From the NCBI GenBank assembly GCA_046726415.1, contig JBKPAK010000013.1:1-64000 (forward strand): 64,000 nucleotides of DNA, read 5' to 3'. Numbering within the stretch: the stretch's first letter is position 1; every line of letters starts with the position of its first letter. Of the stretch, positions 8,469-17,159 are shown piece by piece. Origin of the DNA: Candidatus Methylomirabilota bacterium. Lineage in GTDB: Bacteria; Methylomirabilota; Methylomirabilia; Rokubacteriales; CSP1-6. The notes beneath the pieces are model-generated. The model was not told the DNA's origin, made no database searches, and saw only the letters and a list, made by a program, of their open reading frames with translations. The translations under genes and the position numbers were made by a program.

Positions 8469-10105
8469 ATACCATGCCGGGGACACCAGAAATCGACAGC
8501 GAGAGAGATGTCCGGAAGAAGGGTGCGGAGCTTGCGCGCATCCGTGCCGTCTGGAGCCGCCGGAAATGGCTCGCCATCCTGGTCTTCTTGGTTCCCTTCG
8601 CGGCCGGAACCAGTGTCACCCTTTCGCTGCCGAATCTCTACCGGTCCACGGCAACAGTACTGGTGGAGCGCCAGCGCGTCCCCGAGGCCTTCGTGCGACC
8701 CACAGTGACCAGCGAACTCGAGACTCGCCTTCAGACGATCAGCCAGGGAGTCCTGAGCCGCTCGCGGCTGGAGGAGCTGATCAATCGATTCAAGCTCTAC
8801 GCGGACCTGCGCAAGCGCATGCCTAGCGACGAGGTCGTGGAGCGGATGCGCCGGGACATCCAGCTTGAGGTCAAGTCCGCGGAGGCCAAGGGGCGGCAAT
8901 CGGCCACCGTCGCCTTCGCGCTCAGCTACAAGGGCTCCGACCCGCGAGCCGTGGCCCTCGTCACGAACACCCTGGCATCCTTCTATGTCGAGGAGAACCT
9001 CAAGGCCCGGGAGCGGGAGGCCAGTGGGACGAGCGAGTTCCTGAAGGCGGAGATCACCGAGACCAGGAAGCGGCTTGACGAGCAGGAGCGCCGGGTGAGC
9101 GAATTTCGGAGGCGCTATCTGGGAGAGCTTCCCCAGCAGATGCAGGCTAACCTCGCCACCTTGGACACGCTCACCACGCAGCTCCGCATGAACAGCGACA
9201 ACCAGGTCCGCGCGGCGCAGCGGCGGCAGGACCTCGCCGCCCAGCTCACTGAGGCCGCATCACTCGGCCAGGCGCTTGTGCCGCCGGGGTCTCCTCCGGG
9301 CCCAGAGTCTCCCGCCGTTCACCTGGCCCGCCTCAAGCAAGAGCTCATTGCGGCGCGCGCCCGCTACACCGAGGCACATCCGACCATCGCCAGGCTCACG
9401 CACGAGATCGCCGCCGTCGAAGCCCAGCTGGCCCAGGCCAAGGCCGAGCCCGAAGACCAGGCCACGGCCGCGGGAGCGACCGCGCTCGGCCCTCACGGGC
9501 TACGGCTTCGGGAAGCGCTCCGCGCCGCCGAAGGGGAAGTGAAGATTCTAAAGGTAGAGGAGCAGCGACTCAAAGGTGCCATCGCGGTCTATCAATCACG
9601 AGTGGAGAGTACCCCTCGTCGGGAACACGAGTTCCAGGATCTCTCGCGGGACTACGAGGCCACCAAGGAACTGCACCAGTCGCTCTCCAAGCGCTACGAG
9701 GAGGCGCAGCTCGCCGAGAGCATGGAGCAGCGTCAGCAGGGAGAGCAGTTCCGGATCCTCGATCCGGCAGTCCCCCGTGCGTCCCCCTCGGCGCCGAACC
9801 GTCCCAAGTTGCTCCTGATGCTCTTGGTGCTCTCGCTTGGCGCGGCGGCGGGCGCGGCCGTGTTGGCCGAGATGGTCGACACCTCGTTTCGATCGGCGGA
9901 GGAGCTGCGGGTCTTCACCGGAATGCCGATCCTCGCTCGCATTCCCCCGATCGTCACGGAGGCCGACCAAAGGTGGTGGCGACTGCGGTTCCGTATCGCC
10001 ACCACCGCGGCCGTCCTCGGTCTCGTCCTCATCATCGGCGCCTCCCACTTCATCGCGCACGGCAACGAGCAACTGGTCCGCGTGCTCGACCGGGAGCGCG
10101 CCTGA
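8465..10105 (+). CDS. Polysaccharide co-polymerase / chain-length determinant (Wzc/GumC membrane part, no kinase domain)
   Basis: N-terminal TM, PNLYRSTATVLV, long coiled coil with YTEAHPTI, FRILDPA..P..PSAPNR, C-terminal TMs. Confidence 0.92.
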   Translation: MNTMPGTPEIDSERDVRKKGAELARIRAVWSRRKWLAILVFLVPFAAGTSVTLSLPNLYRSTATVLVERQRVPEAFVRPTVTSELETRLQTISQGVLSRSRLEELINRFKLYADLRKRMPSDEVVERMRRDIQLEVKSAEAKGRQSATVAFALSYKGSDPRAVALVTNTLASFYVEENLKAREREASGTSEFLKAEITETRKRLDEQERRVSEFRRRYLGELPQQMQANLATLDTLTTQLRMNSDNQVRAAQRRQDLAAQLTEAASLGQALVPPGSPPGPESPAVHLARLKQELIAARARYTEAHPTIARLTHEIAAVEAQLAQAKAEPEDQATAAGATALGPHGLRLREALRAAEGEVKILKVEEQRLKGAIAVYQSRVESTPRREHEFQDLSRDYEATKELHQSLSKRYEEAQLAESMEQRQQGEQFRILDPAVPRASPSAPNRPKLLLMLLVLSLGAAAGAAVLAEMVDTSFRSAEELRVFTGMPILARIPPIVTEADQRWWRLRFRIATTAAVLGLVLIIGASHFIAHGNEQLVRVLDRERA

Positions 10106-10112
10106 GGCGGCG

Positions 10113-10598
10113 ATGACCATAGAGGGGTGCGCGTGCGGCCTCGCCCTGGAGGGTCGGCGAGGCCAGGCCTACAACGAGGAGGCTTTCCGGTACTTCCTGG
10201 CGGTCGAGCGAAAGCGCTCCAAACGGTTGGGCCGTTGCTTCCTCCTGCTGCTGGTAGATCTGAAAGGCCAACCGGGAGTGAGCGTGCCCATCGACTCCAG
10301 GCTCGCCCGCCAGGTCTTCTCGGGTTTGTGGCTTTGCCTTCGCGAATCCGATTTCGTCGGCTGGTACCGCGAGGGTCGCGTTGCCGGAGCGGTGTTGACG
10401 GAGTTGCGAGATCGGCCCCGAACGGACGTGTCCCGCCTGCTCAGTGAGCGGGTCAGTGAAGTGCTTCCCGCGCGCCTCCCCTCGGATGTCGCCCGCCGCC
10501 TCCGCGTGCGCGTCTATCAGAACCCCGAGGCAGAGAATAGTGAGCCGACGGCCTCCGAGTACGAGGGCGCCGCCGGCTCCAGGAGAACCCGATGCTGA
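10113..10598 (+). CDS. Small degenerate GGDEF-fold protein retaining an RxxD (RESD) I-site
   Basis: YNEEAFRYFLAVERKRSKR...FLLLLVDL...LRESDFVGWY; resembles the N-terminus of the priming transferase at 11656. Confidence 0.65.
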   Translation: MTIEGCACGLALEGRRGQAYNEEAFRYFLAVERKRSKRLGRCFLLLLVDLKGQPGVSVPIDSRLARQVFSGLWLCLRESDFVGWYREGRVAGAVLTELRDRPRTDVSRLLSERVSEVLPARLPSDVARRLRVRVYQNPEAENSEPTASEYEGAAGSRRTRC

Positions 10599-11659
10599 GG
10601 CTTGGCGTGATTGGCTATGGCTACTGGGGCCCGAACGTGGTCCGTAACTTCTCCATCCAGCCGGACTGCCAAGTGGTAGCCATCTGCGACAAGAGCCCTA
10701 AGGCGATGGCTCAAGTGTTGAGCCGCCACCCGTCGGCCCGCGTCACCGCCGATCCGGCGGAGCTGATGGAATCGCCGGACATCGACGCGATCGCCATCGT
10801 CACCCCGGTGTCCACGCACTACGACTTGGCCAAGAAGGCGCTGGTGAACGGAAAGCACGTCTTCGTCGAGAAGCCATTCACGACCACGTCAGTCCAGGCC
10901 GAGGAGCTGATCGAGCTGGCCGACCGCAGGAACCTCCAGATCATGGTGGACCACACGTTTCTCTTCACCGGGGCGGTGTCGAAGATCAAGGAGCTCATCG
11001 CGGGGGAGGTGCTGGGACCTCTCTACTATTACGATTCGACCCGGGTCAACCTGGGGCTCTTCCAGCACGACGTGAACGTCATCTGGGACCTGGGTCCCCA
11101 CGATGTGTCCATCGTGGACCATTTGATCGGGCTCGACCCGGACATGGTGGTGGCTACCGGGGGCGCGCACCTGAACGGTCTGGCGGACATGGCGTACATC
11201 ACACTCTACTTTCCCGACAACATTGTCGCTCACATCAACATCAACTGGCTCTCCCCCGTCAAGGTGCGCACGACGTTGATCGGCGGGCAGCGGAAGATGC
11301 TGGTGTGGAACGATCTCGAGCCGACCGAAAAGATCAAGGTCTACGACAAGGGAGTCGAGGCGCGCACGGAGGAAGGGCGCTACCGGCTCCTGGTGAGCTA
11401 CCGGAGCGGAGACATGTGGGCACCGCGGGTGGAGGAGGCCGAGGCCTTGCAGCGCGAGGCCCGCTACTTCGTGGACTGCATAGCTTCGGGAGAGAAGCCT
11501 TTCAACGACGGACGCGCCGGCCTGCGCGTGGTGAGAATCCTGGAGGCGGCCGACGAGTCGCTCAAGCGGCGGCGGGAGATCGTCTTCGGAGCGTCACGTC
11601 GGCCGGAGGTCGGGCGGGGGGCCCTCCGGGTCCGTCCCGTTTGCGCCCTGAGCGGATGA
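10592..11659 (+). CDS. Gfo/Idh/MocA oxidoreductase (WbpB/WlbA-like nucleotide-sugar dehydrogenase)
   Basis: GVIGYGYWG, HVFVEKP, DLGPHD. Confidence 0.92.
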   Translation: MLRLGVIGYGYWGPNVVRNFSIQPDCQVVAICDKSPKAMAQVLSRHPSARVTADPAELMESPDIDAIAIVTPVSTHYDLAKKALVNGKHVFVEKPFTTTSVQAEELIELADRRNLQIMVDHTFLFTGAVSKIKELIAGEVLGPLYYYDSTRVNLGLFQHDVNVIWDLGPHDVSIVDHLIGLDPDMVVATGGAHLNGLADMAYITLYFPDNIVAHININWLSPVKVRTTLIGGQRKMLVWNDLEPTEKIKVYDKGVEARTEEGRYRLLVSYRSGDMWAPRVEEAEALQREARYFVDCIASGEKPFNDGRAGLRVVRILEAADESLKRRREIVFGASRRPEVGRGALRVRPVCALSG

Positions 11660-12813
11660 TCACGAGGGCTCAGCGGGAGCAGACGAGAGGGCCGGCGGGT
11701 GACACCGAGGACGGGACAGTCTGTCCACGGGTCGTTCGGCACGTCCTCAACGAGGAGCTGTTCAGAGGGGCGTTGACCAGGGAGCGAAAGCGCTCGGATC
11801 GCTCCAATGAGCCTTTCGTTCTCCTGCTCCTGGGCTTCAACCCGGGCCTGGGCGCCGATTCCTCGTCGATCTGGGACGGTGCGATTGACGCCGTGGCGGC
11901 GGCCACGGGTGACGCAGACGTCGCCGGGTGGGTCGCGCGGCGGTCGCTGATCGGTGTCATCGTGCCTGAGATCCGTGCGTCGGATCTGCTGAATGCGCGG
12001 GCAGGTATCGAGGCGCGACTCCGTCGCGAGATCGCCAAGCGCCTGGATACGGCAACGGTGGAAAGGCTGTCGCTTCGGTTCCACATCTATCCCGAGCCGA
12101 GGCGTGCGGAAGAGAAAGGACCAGGGCCGGTCGATCCGGTTTTCTACCCGGAGCACCGCTCGCGCCGGGTGCAGGGGATGAGCTACGATACGATCAAGCG
12201 GGGGCTGGACGTCATCGGCAGCCTCACGCTCTTGTTAGGACTGTCGCCCCTTTTCGTGCTCATCGCCGGCCTGGTGAAGCTGGGGTCTCATGGGCCGGTC
12301 GTGTTCAGACAGGTGCGAATCGGGCAGATGATGAAGCCCTTCACGATGCTCAAGTTCAGAACGATGTATTCGGACGCCGATCACAAGGTCCATCAGGAGT
12401 TTGTCAGCTCCTTCATCAGGGCCAGCGGCCAGGCTGACCAGCCCAGCCGGAACGGATTCTTCAAGCTCACCAACGATTCACGCGTGACGCCCGTCGGACG
12501 CATTCTTCGGAAGACGAGCCTGGACGAGTTGCCTCAGCTGTGGAACGTGCTCCGGGGCGACATGTCGCTCGTCGGGCCCCGACCCCCGCTCCGGTACGAG
12601 CTCGAGCAGTACGAGCCGTGGCATCGCGATCGGCTCGTGGAGGCCAAGCCGGGGATCACAGGACCCTGGCAAGTGGCCGGACGCAGCCGGACGACCTTCG
12701 ACGAGATGGTGCGCCTGGACCTCCGCTACGCCAGAACGCGCTCCCTCTGGACCGACGTCAAGATTCTTCTCGCCACCCCAGCGGCGGTCCTGTCGGGGAA
12801 GGGAGCGTGTTGA
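11656..12813 (+). CDS. Priming phosphoglycosyl transferase (WcaJ/WbaP-like) with N-terminal degenerate GGDEF-like domain
   Basis: KRGLDV, KFRTM, RKTSLDELPQLWNVLRGDMSLVGPRP, KPGITG; ATG 11656 overlaps the upstream stop. Confidence 0.92.
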   Translation: MITRAQREQTRGPAGDTEDGTVCPRVVRHVLNEELFRGALTRERKRSDRSNEPFVLLLLGFNPGLGADSSSIWDGAIDAVAAATGDADVAGWVARRSLIGVIVPEIRASDLLNARAGIEARLRREIAKRLDTATVERLSLRFHIYPEPRRAEEKGPGPVDPVFYPEHRSRRVQGMSYDTIKRGLDVIGSLTLLLGLSPLFVLIAGLVKLGSHGPVVFRQVRIGQMMKPFTMLKFRTMYSDADHKVHQEFVSSFIRASGQADQPSRNGFFKLTNDSRVTPVGRILRKTSLDELPQLWNVLRGDMSLVGPRPPLRYELEQYEPWHRDRLVEAKPGITGPWQVAGRSRTTFDEMVRLDLRYARTRSLWTDVKILLATPAAVLSGKGAC

Positions 12814-12818
12814 CTGGC

Positions 12819-14663
12819 ATGAACATCCTGGGTATCTCCGCCTTCTATCACGACAGCGCGGCCTGCATCGTCCGCGACGGGGAAATCGTCGCGGCCGCCC
12901 AGGAAGAGCGCTTCACGCGGAAGAAGCACGACGCCGGGTTCCCGAAGCAGGCCCTGGACTACTGCCTCCGGGAGTCGGCGATCCGCCCCGAAGAGCTGGA
13001 CTACGTGGCCTTCTACGACAAGCCGCTCCTGAAGTTCGAGCGCCTGCTGGAGACCTATGTCGCCTACGCGCCGGCGGGGTTCCGATCGTTCATAAACGCG
13101 ATGCCCGTGTGGATCCGTCAGAAGCTCCACCTGCCGCGCGAGCTCGACTGCGGACTCGGCGGCCGATACAAGGGCGGCTACATCTTCACGGAGCATCACG
13201 AGTCCCATGCGGCAAGCGCCTTCTTCCCGTCCCCCTTTGAGGAGGCGGCGATCCTTACGCTCGACGGCGTGGGGGAGTGGGCGACCGGGAGCTACGGGGT
13301 CGGGCGGGGCAATCGGATCCAGCTGACGCATGAGCTGCGGTTTCCCCACTCACTCGGCCTCCTCTACTCTGCCTTCACGTATTTCACCGGCTTCAAAGTG
13401 AATTCCGGGGAATACAAGCTCATGGGCCTCGCCCCGTACGGAGAGCCGCGATTCGCCGACGCCATCCTGCGCCATCTCGTCGATCTAAAGGCCGATGGAT
13501 CGTTTCGTATGGACATGTCGTACTTCAACTACTGCCAAGGCTTGACCATGACCAGTCGCAAGTTCGACGCGCTGTTCGAGGGGCCCCCGCGGCGACCGGA
13601 GTCGCAGCTGACCCAGCGCGAGATGGACATCGCGGCGTCCATCCAGACGGTGACTGAGGAAATCATGCTCCGGTGCGGGCGGCACATTGCGCGAGAGACA
13701 GGCATGCGCAATCTCGTGATGGCGGGGGGGGTGGCGCTCAACTGCGTGGGCAACGGCCGGATCCTCCGGGAGGGTGACTTCGACCAGATCTTCATCCAGC
13801 CCGGCGCCGGCGATGCTGGCGGCGCCATCGGCGCGGCCCTCTTCGTATGGCACCAGCTGCTCGGGAAGCCCCGGCGGGCTGACGGCGTGCGCGACTTCCA
13901 GCGCGGTTCGCTCCTGGGACCCCGCTACAGCAACGAGGAGATCCGCGCCTACCTCGACAGCATCGGGGCGCGCTACCACTACCACGCGGACGAGGCGACT
14001 CTTCTCGAGGTCGTCGCGGACGATATCGCCGCCGAGAAGGTCGTCGGCCACTTTCACGGGCGGATGGAGTTCGGGCCTCGCGCCCTGGGCGCGCGCTCGA
14101 TCATCGGCGACGCGCGCTCGTCGAAGATGCAGTCCCTCATGAATTTAAAGATCAAGTTCCGCGAGTCCTTCCGCCCCTTTGCGCCCTGCGTCCTCCGCGA
14201 GGACGTGCACGAGTGGTTCGAGATGGAGCCGAACGCGGACAGTCCGTACATGCTTCTTGTCGCCGATGTCCAGCCGGACAAGCGGGTGCCGGTCGGCGAG
14301 CACGAGCTGGGCGAGATGACCGGCGTTGACCGGCTCCTCAAGGTCGTCCGGTCGAAGGTGCCGGCGGTGACGCACGTCGACTACTCGGCGCGCGTTCAGA
14401 CGGTCGATGCCGAGCGGCACGGGCGGTTCTATCGATTGATGAAGAAGTTCAAGGAAAAGACCGGCTGCCCTGTGATCATCAATACTAGCTTCAACGTGCG
14501 GAGCGAGCCCATCGTGTGCTCCCCAGAGCACGCGTACCGGTGCTTCATGGCGTGCAACATGGATGTGCTCGTGCTGGAGGACTTCGTGCTCGACAAGGAA
14601 GAGCAGCCCAAAGCCAAGCAGCACGAGATCGACGAATACCTCGCTCAGTTCGACCTGGACTAA
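12819..14663 (+). CDS. O-carbamoyltransferase (NodU/CmcH/SxtI family)
   Basis: MNILGISAFYHDSAA, QEERFTRKKHD, EHHESHAASAF, GGVALNC, EFGPRALGARS, KFRESFRPFAP, NTSFN. Confidence 0.95.
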   Translation: MNILGISAFYHDSAACIVRDGEIVAAAQEERFTRKKHDAGFPKQALDYCLRESAIRPEELDYVAFYDKPLLKFERLLETYVAYAPAGFRSFINAMPVWIRQKLHLPRELDCGLGGRYKGGYIFTEHHESHAASAFFPSPFEEAAILTLDGVGEWATGSYGVGRGNRIQLTHELRFPHSLGLLYSAFTYFTGFKVNSGEYKLMGLAPYGEPRFADAILRHLVDLKADGSFRMDMSYFNYCQGLTMTSRKFDALFEGPPRRPESQLTQREMDIAASIQTVTEEIMLRCGRHIARETGMRNLVMAGGVALNCVGNGRILREGDFDQIFIQPGAGDAGGAIGAALFVWHQLLGKPRRADGVRDFQRGSLLGPRYSNEEIRAYLDSIGARYHYHADEATLLEVVADDIAAEKVVGHFHGRMEFGPRALGARSIIGDARSSKMQSLMNLKIKFRESFRPFAPCVLREDVHEWFEMEPNADSPYMLLVADVQPDKRVPVGEHELGEMTGVDRLLKVVRSKVPAVTHVDYSARVQTVDAERHGRFYRLMKKFKEKTGCPVIINTSFNVRSEPIVCSPEHAYRCFMACNMDVLVLEDFVLDKEEQPKAKQHEIDEYLAQFDLD

Positions 14664-14672
14664 GTGCGCACT

Positions 14673-15119
14673 ATGGCCTTCATCAGCGTCGACTGGAGAC
14701 CGAGCGAGCGCCATCTGCAGGGGTTTGGCACGGCGTGTGTCGTGGCGTTCGGAGCGCTGGGGGCCTGGGCGCTGTGGCGCCACAGCCTGTTCGGTGTGAG
14801 CCTCGAGTCCGGGAGCGCCGGGCGCGCGGCCGTGATCCTGTGGGGGCTCGCCGTCGTGTGTGGAGTGCTGCGCGCAGTCGCCCCGCGGTGGCTGCGGCCC
14901 CTGTACGTCGGGCTGACGGCGGTGAGCCTGCCCATCGGCTTCGTGATGTCCCACGCCGTGATCGGCCTCGTGTTCTTCGGGGTCGTGACCCCCATCGCCC
15001 TAGTGTTTCGGCTGATGGGGCGGGACCCCCTGCGGCGCGCGTTCGATCGCGAGGCAGCGACGTACTGGACGCGGCGAAGTCCGGTCGTTGACCTGGCGAG
15101 ATACTACCGCCAGTTCTAG
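14673..15119 (+). CDS. SxtJ-family membrane protein
   Basis: Three TM segments, VVTPIALVFRLMGRDPL, YW, terminal RQF; directly follows the carbamoyltransferase. Confidence 0.85.
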   Translation: MAFISVDWRPSERHLQGFGTACVVAFGALGAWALWRHSLFGVSLESGSAGRAAVILWGLAVVCGVLRAVAPRWLRPLYVGLTAVSLPIGFVMSHAVIGLVFFGVVTPIALVFRLMGRDPLRRAFDREAATYWTRRSPVVDLARYYRQF

Positions 15120-15128
15120 GAGGGTAAC

Positions 15129-15332
15129 GTGGCCCAGAGCGGTGGGAGACAACAAGAATTCGAGCGGATCGCCAACACGGGGCGGCCGAGCGTGGTGATG
15201 GAGTTCCTGGTCTACCTGCGGGAGAACAAGAAGTGGTGGATGCTACCCATCCTAATCATGATCTTCGGTATGGGGGCGCTGGTTCTGCTTGCCGGTACGC
15301 CGGTCGCGCCGTTCATCTACACCCTTTTCTAG
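15129..15332 (+). CDS. SxtK-like (DUF5989) small membrane protein
   Basis: EFLVYLRENKKWWMLPI...APFIYTLF. Confidence 0.88.
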   Translation: MAQSGGRQQEFERIANTGRPSVVMEFLVYLRENKKWWMLPILIMIFGMGALVLLAGTPVAPFIYTLF

Positions 15333-15474
15333 GTGGAGCACGCTCGAGGGGCGGCTGGCCGTCGAGCCAGCAGGCGACGGCGTGACTGTTATGCGGCCGG
15401 CCCGCCAGCCTCATCCTTCGAAGTGATCGGGCCCCCACTCGTCCTTCAGCTCTTGGACCGCTCGGACCGCATCG

Positions 15475-15613
15475 TCGCCCGCCAGTCGTCGCGGTGTGCG
15501 GGTCGCACCCGGATCGAGAGGCGCGACCGCATCGCGCCCCGGGTGCCTTGGCGCCACGTCGCGGTCCGCCGCGACCGGGCGGGCAGTGGCTGGACCAGGG
15601 GCCGCACGCTGAG
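15475..15613 (-). mobile_element. IS701-family transposase remnant
   Basis: Translates as LPARSRRTATWRQGTRGAMRSRLSIRVRPAHRD, resembling the IS701 W-R-x-V-T-W-R-E-G-T...R-V-R-P-A segment; no full ORF. Confidence 0.6.
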
Positions 15614-15717
15614 GTGGCGATGGCGCCTGATTCGCTTGCGGACATTGGCGTCGTCGACCCGGGGCGTGACCTCGCGCAGCGAGGCAAAGTGTGTCACGTC
15701 AGACTCTTCCTGTCGCG

Positions 15718-16515
15718 CTACTCGCCATGTGGAACGCGAGTGATGCCTTGGCGCGGCAAATCTCGGCCGCCCGTACCTGCCCCTGGGCCTAGTAGGACCC
15801 AGAATCGATAGAACTGCAGCTTAACAAGCTGCTCGATGACGGTCTGGATGCCATGCCACGTGGTCGTCCAGTTCTCAGGGGTGTGGTTACCGAATACCGG
15901 CAGACAGTGGACCTGAATGCCGGCCGGCCTCAGCACCGCCTGGTAAACGAGGGACGAGCGCCGACTCCGGAGAGCGGGCACAACAACGACGACCGAGCCC
16001 AGATGCTCCTTGGTGAGAAAGGTCCGGAGCTGGTAGGCGGCATTGAGGCTGTAGGGTTCGACTTCCCGTATGGCAATGATCTCTGGGTTCTGCACTCGGG
16101 CGAGTCGGCCCATCAATTCCGCGATGCCCCTGGATACAGGGTTGGTCAGCTCAGCATCACGGTCCGACACCTGAGCGGGGACGAGGACCCTGGCCGCGAG
16201 CCCCGTCTGCTGCAGGGCGGCTGCGCGTTCGAACAGGAGATAGCTTGGATCGAAGTTCTCCACGAAGATGGCGTCGCTTGGAGCAGTCTCCTCGTCACAC
16301 ACGAGGCTCCATCCTATCGAGGGGATCCAGAAGTTGCGAGTCAAGAACGCGGTGAGCAGAAGGACGAAGCATGCCACTAGGCGCCATGCCCTCGCCTTGG
16401 TGATCTTCGGCTCTGTCACCGCCTCGACCCGAGGGTGAGCGTAGTGAAGAAGGTCTCGTGCGGCTCCCTTTCGAAGAGAGTCGTGGCGCGCGCCTTGAAG
16501 GGCGAATGCCTCCAT
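15718..16515 (-). CDS. YdcF/DUF218-like membrane-anchored envelope protein
   Basis: One TM, APSDAIFV, RAAAL, SVVVVVPALRSRRS; ATG preceded by a weak RBS. Confidence 0.6.
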   Translation of the reverse strand: MEAFALQGARHDSLRKGAARDLLHYAHPRVEAVTEPKITKARAWRLVACFVLLLTAFLTRNFWIPSIGWSLVCDEETAPSDAIFVENFDPSYLLFERAAALQQTGLAARVLVPAQVSDRDAELTNPVSRGIAELMGRLARVQNPEIIAIREVEPYSLNAAYQLRTFLTKEHLGSVVVVVPALRSRRSSLVYQAVLRPAGIQVHCLPVFGNHTPENWTTTWHGIQTVIEQLVKLQFYRFWVLLGPGAGTGGRDLPRQGITRVPHGE

Positions 16516-16697
16516 GTTGGCGAGAAACCGGCCGATAACGCTTCGTGAGGAGATAGCGCTCTCGTGGGGGTTGGGGTTGCCATCGTGTGTCGATTGTCTG
16601 ACAGACTGACACTCGGGCGTGTCAGAGGCCAGGCAAGGGCTTGTTCTAACACGCTGTTTTTAAAGGCTATGATGAAGCCCACTTTTTGTGGTCAGCC

Positions 16698-16713
16698 TGG
16701 CATTACTTATGCT
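16698..16713 (+). promoter_or_regulatory. Putative sigma54 -24/-12 promoter with upstream TGT-N10-ACA site (16588-16603)
   Basis: TGGCATTACTTATGCT; AT-rich tract between it and TGTCGATTGTCTGACA. Confidence 0.7.
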
Positions 16714-17159
16714 GTGGGGCTCGGGCTCCGCAATGGTTTGCCGAAAAGACGCAACCCCAAATTGGAGGTACACCGGTGCTTCACAACAAGCCCTCTGCTC
16801 TGCCGGATGGCTGGCTACGCGACTGATACAGTCGTGACCTTGACGGCGGTGCCGGACGAAAGCAAGCGTTGCGTGGGTTGGCGCGGCACCTGCACGCTGG
16901 CCCTCGGACCAACGCGTCCATGTATGCTATTTCACGTTCTGGTAGACAGCCAAGCGCACCGGGGTGGTGCCGGACTAAGCCGCTCCTTCGGCGAGGGACC
17001 ACGAAACTCGATCCCGGACTACAGGGAGAACGCGGTTATCCGGTACTCAGGACTGCAGCGCTTATCTCACCTCTAGTAGGGTGCTTAGAAGGAGTACGAT
17101 GAAGCCGTTGGATAGGTAGATGCGAACCATCCCGCGACACAGGCTTGAGAGGTGAAGGC

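Noticed and set aside
12819-15332. Saxitoxin gene cluster (sxtI/J/K)
   Set aside because: The IJK cassette is widespread; no sxtA, sxtG or other core genes are present, and the context is EPS
16725-16830. c-di-GMP-I riboswitch (GAAA...GACGCAA words)
   Set aside because: Could not build the required P1/P2/P3 pairing by eye
16564-17076. 170-aa ORF in the intergenic region
   Set aside because: No motifs, atypical composition, and it overlaps the predicted promoter and enhancer
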